From assembly GCA_027355945.1 (NCBI GenBank), contig DAIEHA010000006.1, positions 1 through 56,958 on the forward strand: a stretch of DNA of 56,958 nt, given 5' to 3'. Under the pieces are notes generated by a model, which saw only the letters and a list, made by a program, of their open reading frames with translations, searched no databases and was not told the DNA's origin. The stretch comes from Candidatus Parcubacteria bacterium (GTDB lineage: Bacteria > Patescibacteriota > Minisyncoccia > UBA6257 > 2-01-FULL-56-20). The translations under genes were made by a program, and so were the position numbers. This document shows positions 1 through 9,932 of this stretch, in pieces (positions within the stretch are counted from its first letter, which is position 1; the number at the start of each line of letters is the position of its first letter).

Positions 1-82
1 TTGTATTCATCCGCCCAGTCAAACGTTCGAAACTTGCTGAGTAGGGCGAGCCGCTAATTCCGCCTCCATTTTTTCGATATCA

Positions 83-112
83 AAAAACAGCACCGGCGAA
101 GGTGCTGTTTTT
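83..112. terminator. Bidirectional intrinsic terminator hairpin
   Basis: AAAAACAGCACC-GGCGAA-GGTGCTGTTTTT: 12-bp stem with A/T tracts at both ends, just past the stop of the minus-strand gene at 135. Confidence 0.8.
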
Positions 113-134
113 AGTGTAAGACCTATTTTTTCAT

Positions 135-1187
135 TTAGTATCCGGCAACCACCGTGAAGGTGAATGCATTGCTCGTCATGCCGTTCGTGCGCACCTCGAT
201 CGTATGGGAGCCGAGGCTCATGGTCGAAGGTACGACGAACTGCAGCGACTGGGGCGAGGTATAGATCGTGGGAACCTGCGTGCCATCGATGACGATGATC
301 GAACCCTGATCGAAGTTGGTGCCGATGACGAACGCCCCGCTTCCCGGCGTGGGGGTCGCACCCGCGGAGGTCACTTCCGTGACGGTGGGCTGCTGCCCTT
401 GTCCGGCAACCACCGTGAAGGTGAACGCATTGCTCGTCATGCCATTCGTGCGCACCTCGATCGTATGGGAGCCGATCGAGATGGTGGAGGGCAGGAGGAA
501 CGTCATATTGCCGCTGCCGCCGACGTCATATCCGGTGGGAACGATCGTCTGGGCGGCCGCCGAGCCGGCATCGATCACGATCACCGCGTCCTGCGTCGGA
601 AGATTGGTGCCGACGAGAAATTCATTGCTTCCAGGCGTAGGGGTCGCACCCGCGGAGGTCACGTTGGTGATGACCGGCGCATCGACGGTTGCCACTGGGG
701 GCACGATCGGCGCAGGGCCAACGGGATTCACAACGATGGGAGGCGTGATAGGATTCCCGCCGGTGCATCCGAAAAGCGAATTGAGTTCTGCCCGGGTATC
801 CTTCCCCGCATAGCCGGTACCATTGCTCAATCCATTGGGAGCAAGGACGGTGCTCTGATACTTCTCCTGGAACGCAGTGACGGCCGCAGCGGTCCGGTCA
901 TCGAATGCGCCGGTGACCGTAGCCGACTCCCCATCCTTTTGGAGCGCGGTCTGGAGCGCGGTGACCGCCGATCCGCTCATGCCGATCGAAAGGTTTTCGT
1001 TGAACGTATAGCACCATGTCGTTTTCGCACCGTCCACCACCGCGAGCTGGGCCTCAAGCGATTGCAACTGCGCAGTAAGGTCGGCGATCTCCTGCTGAAG
1101 CGTAGCGACACTTTGTGTTTGGGCGAGGGATACCCCCGGAAGAACCAGCACAACGAACGCAGCGGCCGCGAATAGCGTATGTTTCAT
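135..1187 (-). CDS. Secreted peptidoglycan-binding-domain protein with two tandem IPT/TIG-like repeats
   Basis: Signal peptide MKHTLFAAAAFVVLVLPGVSLA; heptad LQQEIADLTAQLQSLEAQL; PG_binding_1-like CYTFNENLSIGMSGSAVTALQTAL...TAAAVTAFQEKY...GYAGKDTRAELN; two copies of VTSAGATPTPGS...GSHTIEVRTNGMTSNAFTFTV. ATG at 1187 preferred over TTG at 1193. Confidence 0.75.
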   Translation of the reverse strand: MKHTLFAAAAFVVLVLPGVSLAQTQSVATLQQEIADLTAQLQSLEAQLAVVDGAKTTWCYTFNENLSIGMSGSAVTALQTALQKDGESATVTGAFDDRTAAAVTAFQEKYQSTVLAPNGLSNGTGYAGKDTRAELNSLFGCTGGNPITPPIVVNPVGPAPIVPPVATVDAPVITNVTSAGATPTPGSNEFLVGTNLPTQDAVIVIDAGSAAAQTIVPTGYDVGGSGNMTFLLPSTISIGSHTIEVRTNGMTSNAFTFTVVAGQGQQPTVTEVTSAGATPTPGSGAFVIGTNFDQGSIIVIDGTQVPTIYTSPQSLQFVVPSTMSLGSHTIEVRTNGMTSNAFTFTVVAGY

Positions 1188-1341
1188 ATCCAATTTTTAT
1201 TCTTGCTCCGGACGAAGGAGCATATCTATTGGATTCATTATATCATAAATGCACGGACTGACAAAATGAGTAGTTGTGCATGAACGCCGCGTAGTGGCGT
1301 GCCATCTTAACCGCGGGAGGATAATCTAGTAAAATAAGAAA

Positions 1342-1503
1342 ATGGGAACCACAGCGGATGACGAAGATCTACCCGAGGACGAGGATGTTCGCCGTCTCAT
1401 GGAGGAGCACGATATCGATGAGGATGCCGCAGAAAAGGTGCAGGAATTGATCGACGAAGGATTTGACGAGGACGATGCGGTTGAGCTTGCCGATGATCTA
1501 TGA
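1342..1503 (+). CDS. Small, extremely acidic hypothetical protein (53 aa; not in the ORF track)
   Basis: Translated by hand: MGTTADDEDLPEDEDVRRLMEEHDIDEDAAEKVQELIDEGFDEDDAVELADDL*. A-rich 5' region; fills an otherwise empty interval. Confidence 0.7.
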   Translation: MGTTADDEDLPEDEDVRRLMEEHDIDEDAAEKVQELIDEGFDEDDAVELADDL

Positions 1504-1566
1504 GCGCGCGGGGAGGGATGGCCACGCATCCCCGCATTTTCGCGCTCCCCGCACTAAGTGAAAAAT

Positions 1567-1998
1567 ATGAAAACATCTAAAGGTACAACCCGTGTTTCCA
1601 AATATACCCCTCGCGGGTATGCACTTTCGGTGCGCCGCGCATTGGCGGGAAAGGGGCTCTTTGCAGGGGAGGATATCCCCAAGGGGATCTGCGTCATCGA
1701 ATATACCGGGAATGTGTTGATGGGGAGGGATGCGGAAGGAAAGGGCGGCAAGTATCTTTTCGAGGTCAGTGCGCGGAAGACGATCGACGGGAACGTCCGA
1801 TCGAATTCCGCCCGTTATATCAATCATTCTTGCCGACCCAATTGCGAGGCTATCGTAAGACGGGGGAGGGTGTTCATCTTCTCCCGCGCACGCATCAATG
1901 CGGGAACCGAGCTCGTCTATGATTATGGAAAGGAATATTTCGATGCATTCATAAAACCGAATGGATGCCGATGCGAGAAGCATCGCATGGGAAGCTGA
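1567..1998 (+). CDS. SET-domain protein (putative lysine methyltransferase) with post-SET cysteines
   Basis: GKGLFAGEDI, IEYTG, ARYINHSCRPNC, GTELVYDYG and CRC are the SET signature motifs. Confidence 0.92.
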   Translation: MKTSKGTTRVSKYTPRGYALSVRRALAGKGLFAGEDIPKGICVIEYTGNVLMGRDAEGKGGKYLFEVSARKTIDGNVRSNSARYINHSCRPNCEAIVRRGRVFIFSRARINAGTELVYDYGKEYFDAFIKPNGCRCEKHRMGS

Positions 1999-2004
1999 TT
2001 TTTT

Positions 2005-3225
2005 TTAAAGTCCCACTTGAGGGCTGTGCGAGGAGGGCGCGCGGCCCTTTTCATCCTTCCCCGCACCGAAGAACCGTACATAGAGATAGAGATTCGCGGC
2101 CATGACGACGCCGTAGGCGACGAAGGGGATCTCAAAGAGCGCCGCATCGAGGAGATAGCCGCTGAGACCGGTCCCTGCGGAGGATGCGACGAGGCGGGCC
2201 ACCTGATTCACCCCGAGCGCCCTCCCGAGCTCATCGTCGTCCACGCGCCGCGTGAGTTCGGCTTGCTGGATGGGAATCGCCGCCACGCGGAGCGCGGGAC
2301 CGAAAAGATAGACGAAGACCGCGAAGGGAAGGTATCTCACGAACGGGAAAAGGACGAAGAGCACCGTACCGATTCCTCGCGTGACAAGCGTGCTTTTCAG
2401 GAATCCGAGCCATCGCTCGAGGAGCGGCGCCGCAAGGAGCGCGCACGATCCTATGATGCCGCTCAGGAAGGTGTATTCCGCCATCTGTGCCTTCGGGATG
2501 TGGTAAACGATGAGGAAGAAGGGGATGAGGAACGGGACGACGAGTCCTTGGGAAAGCCCGTTCAGCATCCCTGTGGCGCTGAACTTCCCGATCGTCGCTT
2601 TTGTTTTCAGCACGCGAAGCGCACCCTTCCGTTCCACCACCTCCACGAACCAAAGGAACGGTATGCCGGCGGCTGCGATCGCCGCGGCAACAAGGAACAC
2701 GTCCGTCGTACTGAACATCTTTACGAGGAGCGCCCCGCCCGCTCCCGCCGCGCCGGCGAGGAATGTGAAGAAGGAGAAATACGAAGTCCGTTTCTCTTTG
2801 GGGACGAGGTCCGTAAGCACCGCGTTCTGCACCGGTTGCACCGCGCCGCCTACGCCGCCCCCCGCGAGCGATCCTGTCGCAGAATAGCCGCCGAGCATCG
2901 CCGCCGCCACGATCATCCATAGGTTTCCCCGTACGAGCACGAAGAGCGCGCTTATCGGCAGGAGCGCGCTTGTGAGGATGAGCGTCCACCGTTTGCCCCA
3001 CGTGTCGGTCGTAATGCCAAAGAGGAAGCTCATGAGGGCCGTTGCGAGCGTGGCAGCGACATAGATGAGTCCGATCACGGATGGACCGTAATGAAGGTCT
3101 ACGAGGATGTAGTAGGGGAACGCTACATTGATCATTCCCGCAGCGACGCTTCTCACGATCCGCGATATGCCGATGAATGCGATCCCTCGCTTCCGGAGGT
3201 GTGCGGCGATGGCGGTATCCTTCAT
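2005..3225 (-). CDS. Major facilitator superfamily transporter
   Basis: About 12 hydrophobic segments; motif A-like [10 protein letters not shown]; D-x-ELGRALG in the C-terminal half. Start at 3225 overlaps the upstream stop (ATGA). Confidence 0.85.
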   Translation of the reverse strand: MKDTAIAAHLRKRGIAFIGISRIVRSVAAGMINVAFPYYILVDLHYGPSVIGLIYVAATLATALMSFLFGITTDTWGKRWTLILTSALLPISALFVLVRGNLWMIVAAAMLGGYSATGSLAGGGVGGAVQPVQNAVLTDLVPKEKRTSYFSFFTFLAGAAGAGGALLVKMFSTTDVFLVAAAIAAAGIPFLWFVEVVERKGALRVLKTKATIGKFSATGMLNGLSQGLVVPFLIPFFLIVYHIPKAQMAEYTFLSGIIGSCALLAAPLLERWLGFLKSTLVTRGIGTVLFVLFPFVRYLPFAVFVYLFGPALRVAAIPIQQAELTRRVDDDELGRALGVNQVARLVASSAGTGLSGYLLDAALFEIPFVAYGVVMAANLYLYVRFFGAGKDEKGRAPSSHSPQVGL

Positions 3226-6200
3226 GCGTTGTTCCGGAGCGCCGCAAGTTCTTGGAGGAGTTTCAGGAGCTCTTCGTAAAGCGATGCGAGCAGCGCCTCG
3301 GCGGCGGCGCGGGACATCGTTCCCGTGCTTCCGTTCGCGGAGGATGTTCCGGCGGAAAGGTAGTTTTGCACGCTCCACCCGGTCGTGCCGCCCGCATAGG
3401 CGACCTCATACCAGGTATAGCCATCCCCCCTTACCGGTCCCGCAATGATCGTTCCCGGCGTCTCCGGGGGTTCCGTCCCTATCTTGGAGGAATAGACGGA
3501 ATGGGAGGAGCGCACATTGAGCCAGGAGGTGGTCATCGTCGAGGTCGTGTTCGGGGTGAGCGATACCGTTCCTATCGAAGATCCTCCCGCGTCGGACGAC
3601 GAGGTATTCGTTCCCGACGAGGCCGCCGCGCCCCCATATCCCGTTCCATATCCTGCTCCATATCCCGAGGATCCATAGGAGACGCCGGAATTTCCAGAGG
3701 ATCCTCCGCCATACGATACGCCGCTCGGATAGGAAGCACCTCCGCTGTTCGAACCTGTTCCCGATGAGCCCGATCCGGACGTCGTACCACTTGTGCCGTT
3801 ATTTCCCGTATTCGTGCCCGTGTTCGTATTCGTACCCGTACCTGTACCTGTATTTGTCCCCGTACCCGTACTTGTTCCCGTTCCCGTCCCTCCGTTCGAG
3901 GTCGTGCCGGAAGATCCGGTACCAGACCCGGATCCTGTGCCCGTGTTTGTCCCTGTGCCCGTATTTGTCCCCGTACCCGTGCTTGTTCCCGTGCCCGAAG
4001 ACGTTCCCGTTCCCGTCGATGTCCCCGTTCCGGAAGATGTTCCCGTGGAGATCTGCGCCGCAAGGAATGCCGCAACGGCATTTGATTGCTGATCGGGCGA
4101 TGCCGATGTTGCGGTGACGGCAACCGTGCCTGCGGAAGCCGCTACCCCTTGGACCGTCGTGAAGTTCCCGATAATCCCGTCATCGATCACCTTCGTGAAT
4201 CCTGCTGCAGGGTTTATGGGTTCCGTGCCGTTGTTGCCCTGGAACGCGGCAAAAAGGAGATCGCCCGGAGCATGCGTGGTGACGCTTCCCGAGGTCCATG
4301 ATGCCGATGCCGTCGATTCGGTATCGGACGTCGCCGTCCCGTCGAGGGGGGCGGTCTTTGCGATCCCGGAATATTCCTGCAATGCGAGGATGTTGTATTG
4401 GTTCATGCCGGCGAACGTACAGGAGACCGCATCGGTGCCCCCTTTCACATTCGTCGCATACCAAATGTCCGTTCCAAGCCCCTTCGTGTTGTTGATGGCA
4501 TGCACCGCTTCGGTGAAGGTGTCTCCAAGGGTGTCCGTGCATCCGGTCACCTGATCCGAGGTGCCGCCGTACTCGAGTCCTACGATGATGGCATTTCCCG
4601 CGGCCACAGGATACGAAAAACTTCTTCCGATGTTCGCATACGAGGCCGCTCCCGATGCTTCCGAGGTGTTGTCCGTCGCTTGCACGAGCGTTATCGCTGC
4701 GGTGGCGGTGGACCCCGAGGGCGAGGTGCTCGTGGGTGCCGGGGCGGGCGTCGGGGAGGAAGAGGATTGCGTGGTTGCGGATACTGCTGCGGATTGCGAG
4801 GATACGTTCCCTGCGGCATCGTATGCGGCCACGCGATAGAGATACGAGGTTCCCGCGTTAAGACCGGTATCGGAATATGAGGTGTTCGCAATGGCCGCGA
4901 TCTGCGTCCCGTTGCGATAGACCTGGTATCCCTGCACGCCTACATTGTCGGTCGAAGGGTTCCATGAAAGATCGATCTGCTGCGTTCCGGCGGCGGTCGC
5001 AATAACGCCGGTCGGGACCGAGGGCGGCGTCGTATCGGGCGCCGGGGGGTTCGAGGGTGTCCCGGATCCCGCGTTCGAAGTTCCATAGCAGGAAGATGCA
5101 TCGAAGGCGAGCGCGTTGCCGCTCACGCCGTCCGGCGGGCCGTTCATGATGTTCAGATAGCAGTATTGCGCGGGGATCGCATACACGTGGCCTGACCATG
5201 CGGAAGCGTTGAATGGAGCTCCTGCGCATTGCGATGCCGATGTTGCGGGAAGGCCGTTATATTGTCCCGCCGCGTTGAGCGTGCCGCTGCACTGCCCTAT
5301 GTTGCCTCCGGAGACATCGGGGCCGATCGCGGGGAAGGGGATGGATGAGGGCCACCAGCTCGGCGCTCCGCTCAGATAGAACGATGCCGGGAGCGCGGTC
5401 GAGGCGGGGACGGAGTTCGGATAGACGGCGATGCTGCTCGGCACCTCGGAGGTGTTCATGCAGATGCTCGACCATCCTGGATCGGAGGAATTGCCGCACC
5501 AATGCGTCGCTCCGGTGCCGATATCGAAGTTCCCCCAACGGAGGAGCGTCGCTCCGGTGACCGGATCGAAGGGGATGGCGGGAGAGGCCCCTGCGTTCCC
5601 GTCCCCGACGATGTATGCCGCATCGAAATTGCCGTAATACTCCGCAGAGGACTCCGAATAATTCGTGGTGACGCCCGGGGTGCCAAGCACGTTGCCGATG
5701 AAGTTGCTGTAGCGGTTGTACCCGAGATCGGCGATGGCGATCGTTCCGGCATCCTTCGCGGTATAACTTCCGCAATTGCCGTTGGCGCATGATTCCCATC
5801 CGGTGAAGAAGTTGCGGAAGGCGGTGATCATGAGGTGGGTGCCATGGACGTCGTCCTCGTTCAGGTAGGTGCCCACATTGCCCTCGTACAGGTCGTAATC
5901 GTCGCCGTTCGAATGTTGCCAGTATGCGCCCCATACGTAATCCGAGAGGTCATATTGGTTGATGCAGAGGTTGTAGGCGGTCACGTCGCCCACGGCAGGC
6001 CCTTCGCCATTCGCAACGCATACGCGTGACTTCTGGATGATATTGTTCTGAATGAGGTTGTCCTCGCCTTGGCTGTCCTTGATGCCCCACGGATCGCAGG
6101 CATAGCCGCCCCCTTGGCACGTCATATTCTGTCCCATATCGAAGATATAGTTGTTCTGGATCGTGGCGTGCGCGGCGTCGGAAAGCCATATGCCGATCAC

Positions 6201-7205
6201 GTCCGGATGGATGATGCGGACGCCTTGGACCCAGGAGTTCCATGTGTTCGCGAATCCAATGCCATCGACGTCATTCGTCCCGGATCCATCGATCGAAAGG
6301 TTTTCGATCCCCACATTCTCCGACGGCTGGATCACCCAGGCCTGGGGCGTCTGCGCCGCGTTCCAGTTCGGATGGATGAGGCCGGGGGTTATGGTCATCG
6401 TCACCGGTCCCGTGCTGTTGCATGAGGGCGTGCAGGATACCGCCTGGACGATCTCCGATTGGAAGCGGTGCGGGCGACCGAAGCTTCCATCGGGGCCCGG
6501 ATAATCGCAGCCGGTCGATCCGTTGTACAGGTCGCTGCAGTTGAAATAGTTTCCATTGTCCACCGACGATCCGGCGCAGGGGGACCCTGAATATCCCGTG
6601 TCGCATTGGTCGAGGACGATCATGGTCGATCCCGGCACGATGACGGCCCCGGGAAGCCCGTTCGGGAAGGTGATCGAGGTTGCCCCTTTCGCGCCCCCGT
6701 TCCAGTTGTATGCCGCCGATATCCCTCCGGGGTATGTTCCATCGCTGCTCTCGAACCCTATGAGCGTGGTCCCGGCCCCTTCCTGGCAGTTCGCCGGCGA
6801 TGAGAAATCGAGGAACGTGGCGTTCGCTCCCGAACCCCGCAGTTCGACGTTGTTCGCCCCTTGGACGCAGATGCCGGTGCTCAGGTGATATGTTCCCGGA
6901 CCGAGCAGCACATAGGTATCGGCCGGAGCGTTCCTCAAGGCCGTCACTATCTGCGATGCCGTGACCGACGTGCCCGCAGCGGTCACCGTCGCACAGTACG
7001 AATTGGTGCATTGGGCCCATGAGGCGCTTGGGATCCCGCCCGTGACGCCCGCCTGGCTCCAATCGGCACCGCGGTTCGCGCTCAGGATCCCCGTCCACGG
7101 GGTCGCCGCTTCGGCCCTTGGCGTCGCGTAGAGGAATATCGCTCCGGCGATCGCCATCCCTCCCATTGCAGCAAGTCCTACCCAACGCGATTTTTTATAA
7201 TGCAT
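3222..7205 (-). CDS. Large secreted protein (1327 aa): right-handed beta-helix/pectin-lyase-like region, FN3, G/T/S-rich linker, SH3b-like domain, C-terminal amphipathic helix
   Basis: N-terminal signal/TM; beta-helix-like repeats ([35 protein letters not shown]); FN3 [11 protein letters not shown]...[23 protein letters not shown]...[26 protein letters not shown]; SH3b-like WLNVRS...[18 protein letters not shown]. Confidence 0.75.
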   Translation of the reverse strand: MHYKKSRWVGLAAMGGMAIAGAIFLYATPRAEAATPWTGILSANRGADWSQAGVTGGIPSASWAQCTNSYCATVTAAGTSVTASQIVTALRNAPADTYVLLGPGTYHLSTGICVQGANNVELRGSGANATFLDFSSPANCQEGAGTTLIGFESSDGTYPGGISAAYNWNGGAKGATSITFPNGLPGAVIVPGSTMIVLDQCDTGYSGSPCAGSSVDNGNYFNCSDLYNGSTGCDYPGPDGSFGRPHRFQSEIVQAVSCTPSCNSTGPVTMTITPGLIHPNWNAAQTPQAWVIQPSENVGIENLSIDGSGTNDVDGIGFANTWNSWVQGVRIIHPDVIGIWLSDAAHATIQNNYIFDMGQNMTCQGGGYACDPWGIKDSQGEDNLIQNNIIQKSRVCVANGEGPAVGDVTAYNLCINQYDLSDYVWGAYWQHSNGDDYDLYEGNVGTYLNEDDVHGTHLMITAFRNFFTGWESCANGNCGSYTAKDAGTIAIADLGYNRYSNFIGNVLGTPGVTTNYSESSAEYYGNFDAAYIVGDGNAGASPAIPFDPVTGATLLRWGNFDIGTGATHWCGNSSDPGWSSICMNTSEVPSSIAVYPNSVPASTALPASFYLSGAPSWWPSSIPFPAIGPDVSGGNIGQCSGTLNAAGQYNGLPATSASQCAGAPFNASAWSGHVYAIPAQYCYLNIMNGPPDGVSGNALAFDASSCYGTSNAGSGTPSNPPAPDTTPPSVPTGVIATAAGTQQIDLSWNPSTDNVGVQGYQVYRNGTQIAAIANTSYSDTGLNAGTSYLYRVAAYDAAGNVSSQSAAVSATTQSSSSPTPAPAPTSTSPSGSTATAAITLVQATDNTSEASGAASYANIGRSFSYPVAAGNAIIVGLEYGGTSDQVTGCTDTLGDTFTEAVHAINNTKGLGTDIWYATNVKGGTDAVSCTFAGMNQYNILALQEYSGIAKTAPLDGTATSDTESTASASWTSGSVTTHAPGDLLFAAFQGNNGTEPINPAAGFTKVIDDGIIGNFTTVQGVAASAGTVAVTATSASPDQQSNAVAAFLAAQISTGTSSGTGTSTGTGTSSGTGTSTGTGTNTGTGTNTGTGSGSGTGSSGTTSNGGTGTGTSTGTGTNTGTGTGTNTNTGTNTGNNGTSGTTSGSGSSGTGSNSGGASYPSGVSYGGGSSGNSGVSYGSSGYGAGYGTGYGGAAASSGTNTSSSDAGGSSIGTVSLTPNTTSTMTTSWLNVRSSHSVYSSKIGTEPPETPGTIIAGPVRGDGYTWYEVAYAGGTTGWSVQNYLSAGTSSANGSTGTMSRAAAEALLASLYEELLKLLQELAALRNNA
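3790..4050 (-). repeat. Low-complexity coding repeat (GT/GS/TN)n linker
   Basis: Encodes [35 protein letters not shown]...; degenerate 6-nt periodic DNA repeats. Confidence 0.85.
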
Positions 7206-7266
7206 CTTTTCATTGTACCAAATGCGCTTACTTGTCTTTTTGAATTTATTCTTTTATAATAATGTT

Positions 7267-7557
7267 ATGATATTCTGGAAAAGAAAAGAAACGCCCCCCG
7301 CGGAGGATCAACCCTCCAAAGAGCAACGCATGCAGGAACTCCGTGAGAAGATCGCTTCGCTCACCGCGGTCAGAAATGAGATCCTGACATATGCCGGGAC
7401 GCCCGATTGGGGCGGCATCACCGATAGAAACCATCTTGCGGATATTGAGAGGAGGATACGCGAGGCCGATGCGGAAATGAGGTCTCTTGAAGGGCCCGAG
7501 CGCGAAACGTCCTCCGAGTCCGAGGAAAAGGAGGAAGATAAGGAAAAAGTGGCATAA
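7267..7557 (+). CDS. Hypothetical charged coiled-coil protein
   Basis: MIFWKRKE...QRMQELREKIASL...IERRIREADAEMRSLE; TATAAT at 7255-7260 supports the 7267 start. Confidence 0.6.
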   Translation: MIFWKRKETPPAEDQPSKEQRMQELREKIASLTAVRNEILTYAGTPDWGGITDRNHLADIERRIREADAEMRSLEGPERETSSESEEKEEDKEKVA

Positions 7558-7678
7558 AGGGCATAGTTCCGTGTTGGTGTGTCCGGTTTTTTTTGAAACT
7601 CTTTTGATGCCTTTTGCGTATATATAGCGGAAAGGTCATGTTTTTCGGATAAATTCGATCGTTGTATATAAGATTCAC

Positions 7679-8512
7679 ATGAAAAAAATATCCATACCAT
7701 ATACCATTGCAGTACTTGTTTCCTTTGCGGTCTTTGCGGGTGCTACGGGCAGTGCGTTCGCGGCCGTCCGGGGTTCCGGCGGCATGTTCGGCGGGGGAGG
7801 TGGTCCCCGGGGAGGTTCCGCTCCTTACGGGATGATGCGCGGCGGCATATTCGGTACGGTGACCGCAGTGCAGGGCACCGTGATCACCATGCAGGACATC
7901 GGGCGTGACGGGTTCGGTCCTGCGGGGACATCGACCGCAACGGCGGCTGTCACGTACACTGTCGATGCGTCCAATGCCACCGTGATCAAAGGCGGCGCCT
8001 CCTCGACCCTCAGCGCGGTGATCGCGGGCGATCATATCATGGTCCGCGGTACGCTGAACGGCAGGACGGTGACGGCATCCTCCATCATCGATGGGGTCTC
8101 TCCGGGAATGCGGGGCGGCGGGCCGTTCCGCGGCGATACGTCTTCCACATCCTCCTTTTTCCAGGGGAATGGCGAACCTGTCGTCGGAGGGACGGTGACG
8201 GCGGTGAACGGGGTGATGCTCACCATCACGAATGCCGGAGGTACGGCCTATACCATCGATGCGTCGCATGCGACCGTCATGAGGGGCAATGCCACGTCGT
8301 CCGCAGCGACGATCGTCGTGAATGATAGGGTCCTCGTCCAGGGCACGGTGAACGGCACCGCGGTGACGGCGTCCACGATCATCGATCAGGGAACGGTTCC
8401 CGCTGCGGCGGCCGCCTCGGCTGCTGCGCCGCATCGAGGGTTCATGGGGAGGCTTGGAGGGTTTTTCGGCGGCATCGGTTCCTTCTTCCACCATATCTTC
8501 GGGTTCTTCTGA
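7679..8512 (+). CDS. Secreted protein with two DUF5666-like (OB-fold-like) repeats and a Gly/Phe-rich C-terminal helix
   Basis: Signal peptide; repeats GTVTAVQG...YTVDASNATV...GDHIMVRGTLNGRTVTASSIID and GTVTAVNG...YTIDASHATV...NDRVLVQGTVNGTAVTASTIID; C-terminus GFMGRLGGFFGGIGSFFHHIFGFF. Confidence 0.7.
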   Translation: MKKISIPYTIAVLVSFAVFAGATGSAFAAVRGSGGMFGGGGGPRGGSAPYGMMRGGIFGTVTAVQGTVITMQDIGRDGFGPAGTSTATAAVTYTVDASNATVIKGGASSTLSAVIAGDHIMVRGTLNGRTVTASSIIDGVSPGMRGGGPFRGDTSSTSSFFQGNGEPVVGGTVTAVNGVMLTITNAGGTAYTIDASHATVMRGNATSSAATIVVNDRVLVQGTVNGTAVTASTIIDQGTVPAAAAASAAAPHRGFMGRLGGFFGGIGSFFHHIFGFF

Positions 8513-8538
8513 TCCCATATCGGCGGTCTTTCATGAAG

Positions 8539-8570
8539 CAATGCGCGGGACCTTCTGGTCCCGCGCATTG
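8539..8570. terminator. Perfect 14-bp hairpin (terminator or processing stem)
   Basis: CAATGCGCGGGACC-TTCT-GGTCCCGCGCATTG, downstream of the 7679 gene; weak U tract. Confidence 0.55.
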
Positions 8571-8641
8571 TATTTGACGACACTCCTTGGTATAAAAAAA
8601 GAAGGACGTTTCGATCCCAAAAACCCCCGAAGGAGGGGAGT

Positions 8642-9118
8642 ATGTCGCCGACCAACCACACTCACTTCGTCGTCGCGCCTTGTCCCTATTGCAATGGCAT
8701 CATCCGTTTCAGATTCACCCCGCCCCTGATCGGCGAATATCTGGAATGGGATTGTCCGTACACAACCTGCCGGAAGCCCATCGGTATCGTTGTGCGGTTC
8801 GATGACGGTATGGCCATCGAGGCGCGCATCATCACGGCCGTACCCCGGCTTCTCGACGACAAGCGGCTCATCAAGGAATTCGCGCAACGGCTTTCCGATG
8901 CCATCACCACCAATCCTGCGTTGCGTGAGACGATCGAGAAGATGCGTGATGCGGGCATTGAACCGAGCATTCTCACCGAGGTGAAAGCCTTCCTTGAGGA
9001 GATACACCCCCTTCCCAACCCCTCCGATTCGTTCGTAAAGGGTGGCGAAGTTCTTCCCGTCACCTTCACCAAGGACGATGGGAGCTTTCTCGGCAAGCTT
9101 CATATAAAGATCTCCTGA
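8642..9118 (+). CDS. Hypothetical protein with a possible N-terminal zinc ribbon
   Basis: CPYC...CPYTTC motifs; Shine-Dalgarno-like AAGGAGG 6 nt upstream of the ATG. Confidence 0.6.
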   Translation: MSPTNHTHFVVAPCPYCNGIIRFRFTPPLIGEYLEWDCPYTTCRKPIGIVVRFDDGMAIEARIITAVPRLLDDKRLIKEFAQRLSDAITTNPALRETIEKMRDAGIEPSILTEVKAFLEEIHPLPNPSDSFVKGGEVLPVTFTKDDGSFLGKLHIKIS

Positions 9119-9195
9119 TCATCCATGGGATCGTGCACGAAACCCTCCCCATCCCCGCCGCGTTCCCCAACGCGGCTTTTTTCTATCCGTAATCC

Positions 9196-9870
9196 CTATC
9201 CCTGGGTTGGCGGGAGGCTTATCATGATCCCTCCTGATGCCGTCGTGGAAAGTTCGAAATAGGTATTGGAGGATCCTCCCGTGGTAAAGCTGAGCGGCAT
9301 CGCCGAAGGATCGACGTTGAAGATGACCTGCTGGTTCGGATACGATGACCCCGGCGCGCCGATGCATGTGCCGTTCTCCCCGAAGGTGAACGCGCTTGTG
9401 AGCGGCGGCTGAAGGTCGCCCATTTCGTTTGCGACGAGCATCAGGTTGAGAGGTACGCATTCGGCGACCGATCCCATCTGGATATTGACGTTGAGCGTGA
9501 GCTGGGACCCCGAGAGCGTTGCCCCGGTGATCGAGAGCGTGTCGTATCCCTCGGTCCAGCTTACCGGGGGCGTCGCATAGGTCGCGGAATAGGATGCGAG
9601 AAGCGTGGAGGATGCCGTCGAGCTTGCGGTGGTGGATCCGTTCCCGCCGATCCCCGTCACGCTCGAACTTGCGGTCGAACTTGCCGTCGAGCTTGCGGTA
9701 TCCGTCAGATTGTAGGCGACGGTGCCCGTGGGAAGGGGAGAGCTCACTACGTAGGTCCCTCCCGTGTTGAACACGACGATATACGCGATCGCACCAAGCA
9801 CGATCGCAGCGCCGAGCAGGACGAGCAGGAGGCGGTTAAGGGTGAGATGGGTGCGAAGCCAGTGCATCAT
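9196..9870 (-). CDS. Membrane-anchored exported protein with Ser/Thr-rich linker
   Basis: N-terminal TM LLLVLLGAAIVLGAIAYIVVF; TASSTASSTASS repeats; extended -10 TGcTATAAT upstream. Confidence 0.65.
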   Translation of the reverse strand: MMHWLRTHLTLNRLLLVLLGAAIVLGAIAYIVVFNTGGTYVVSSPLPTGTVAYNLTDTASSTASSTASSSVTGIGGNGSTTASSTASSTLLASYSATYATPPVSWTEGYDTLSITGATLSGSQLTLNVNIQMGSVAECVPLNLMLVANEMGDLQPPLTSAFTFGENGTCIGAPGSSYPNQQVIFNVDPSAMPLSFTTGGSSNTYFELSTTASGGIMISLPPTQG

Positions 9871-9932
9871 ATAAGACCATTATAGCAGATAGGCCCCGTG
9901 CGGATGGGGCGTCGATGGTCCGCGATGAGGCG

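Noticed and set aside
1-75. Possible 3' end of tmRNA or tRNA-Ala (CGCCTCCA followed by a T run and a terminator), or an att-site remnant
   Set aside because: The acceptor-like octamer is present, but the preceding bases (GCCGCTAATTC) do not form a T-arm with the conserved C61, and the GTTCGAAAC at 25-33 lacks a proper stem. Upstream sequence and tRNAscan/ARAGORN would be needed.
1264-1325. Small hairpin ACGCCG-CGTAG-TGGCGT upstream of the acidic ORF as a riboswitch
   Set aside because: It is a single short stem with no recognisable aptamer motif, which is not enough evidence.
3790-4050. Periodic DNA that might be a CRISPR array or VNTR locus
   Set aside because: The periodicity is 6 nt and in frame with a Gly/Thr linker. 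There is no constant 25-45 nt repeat with unique spacers and no cas gene in the window.
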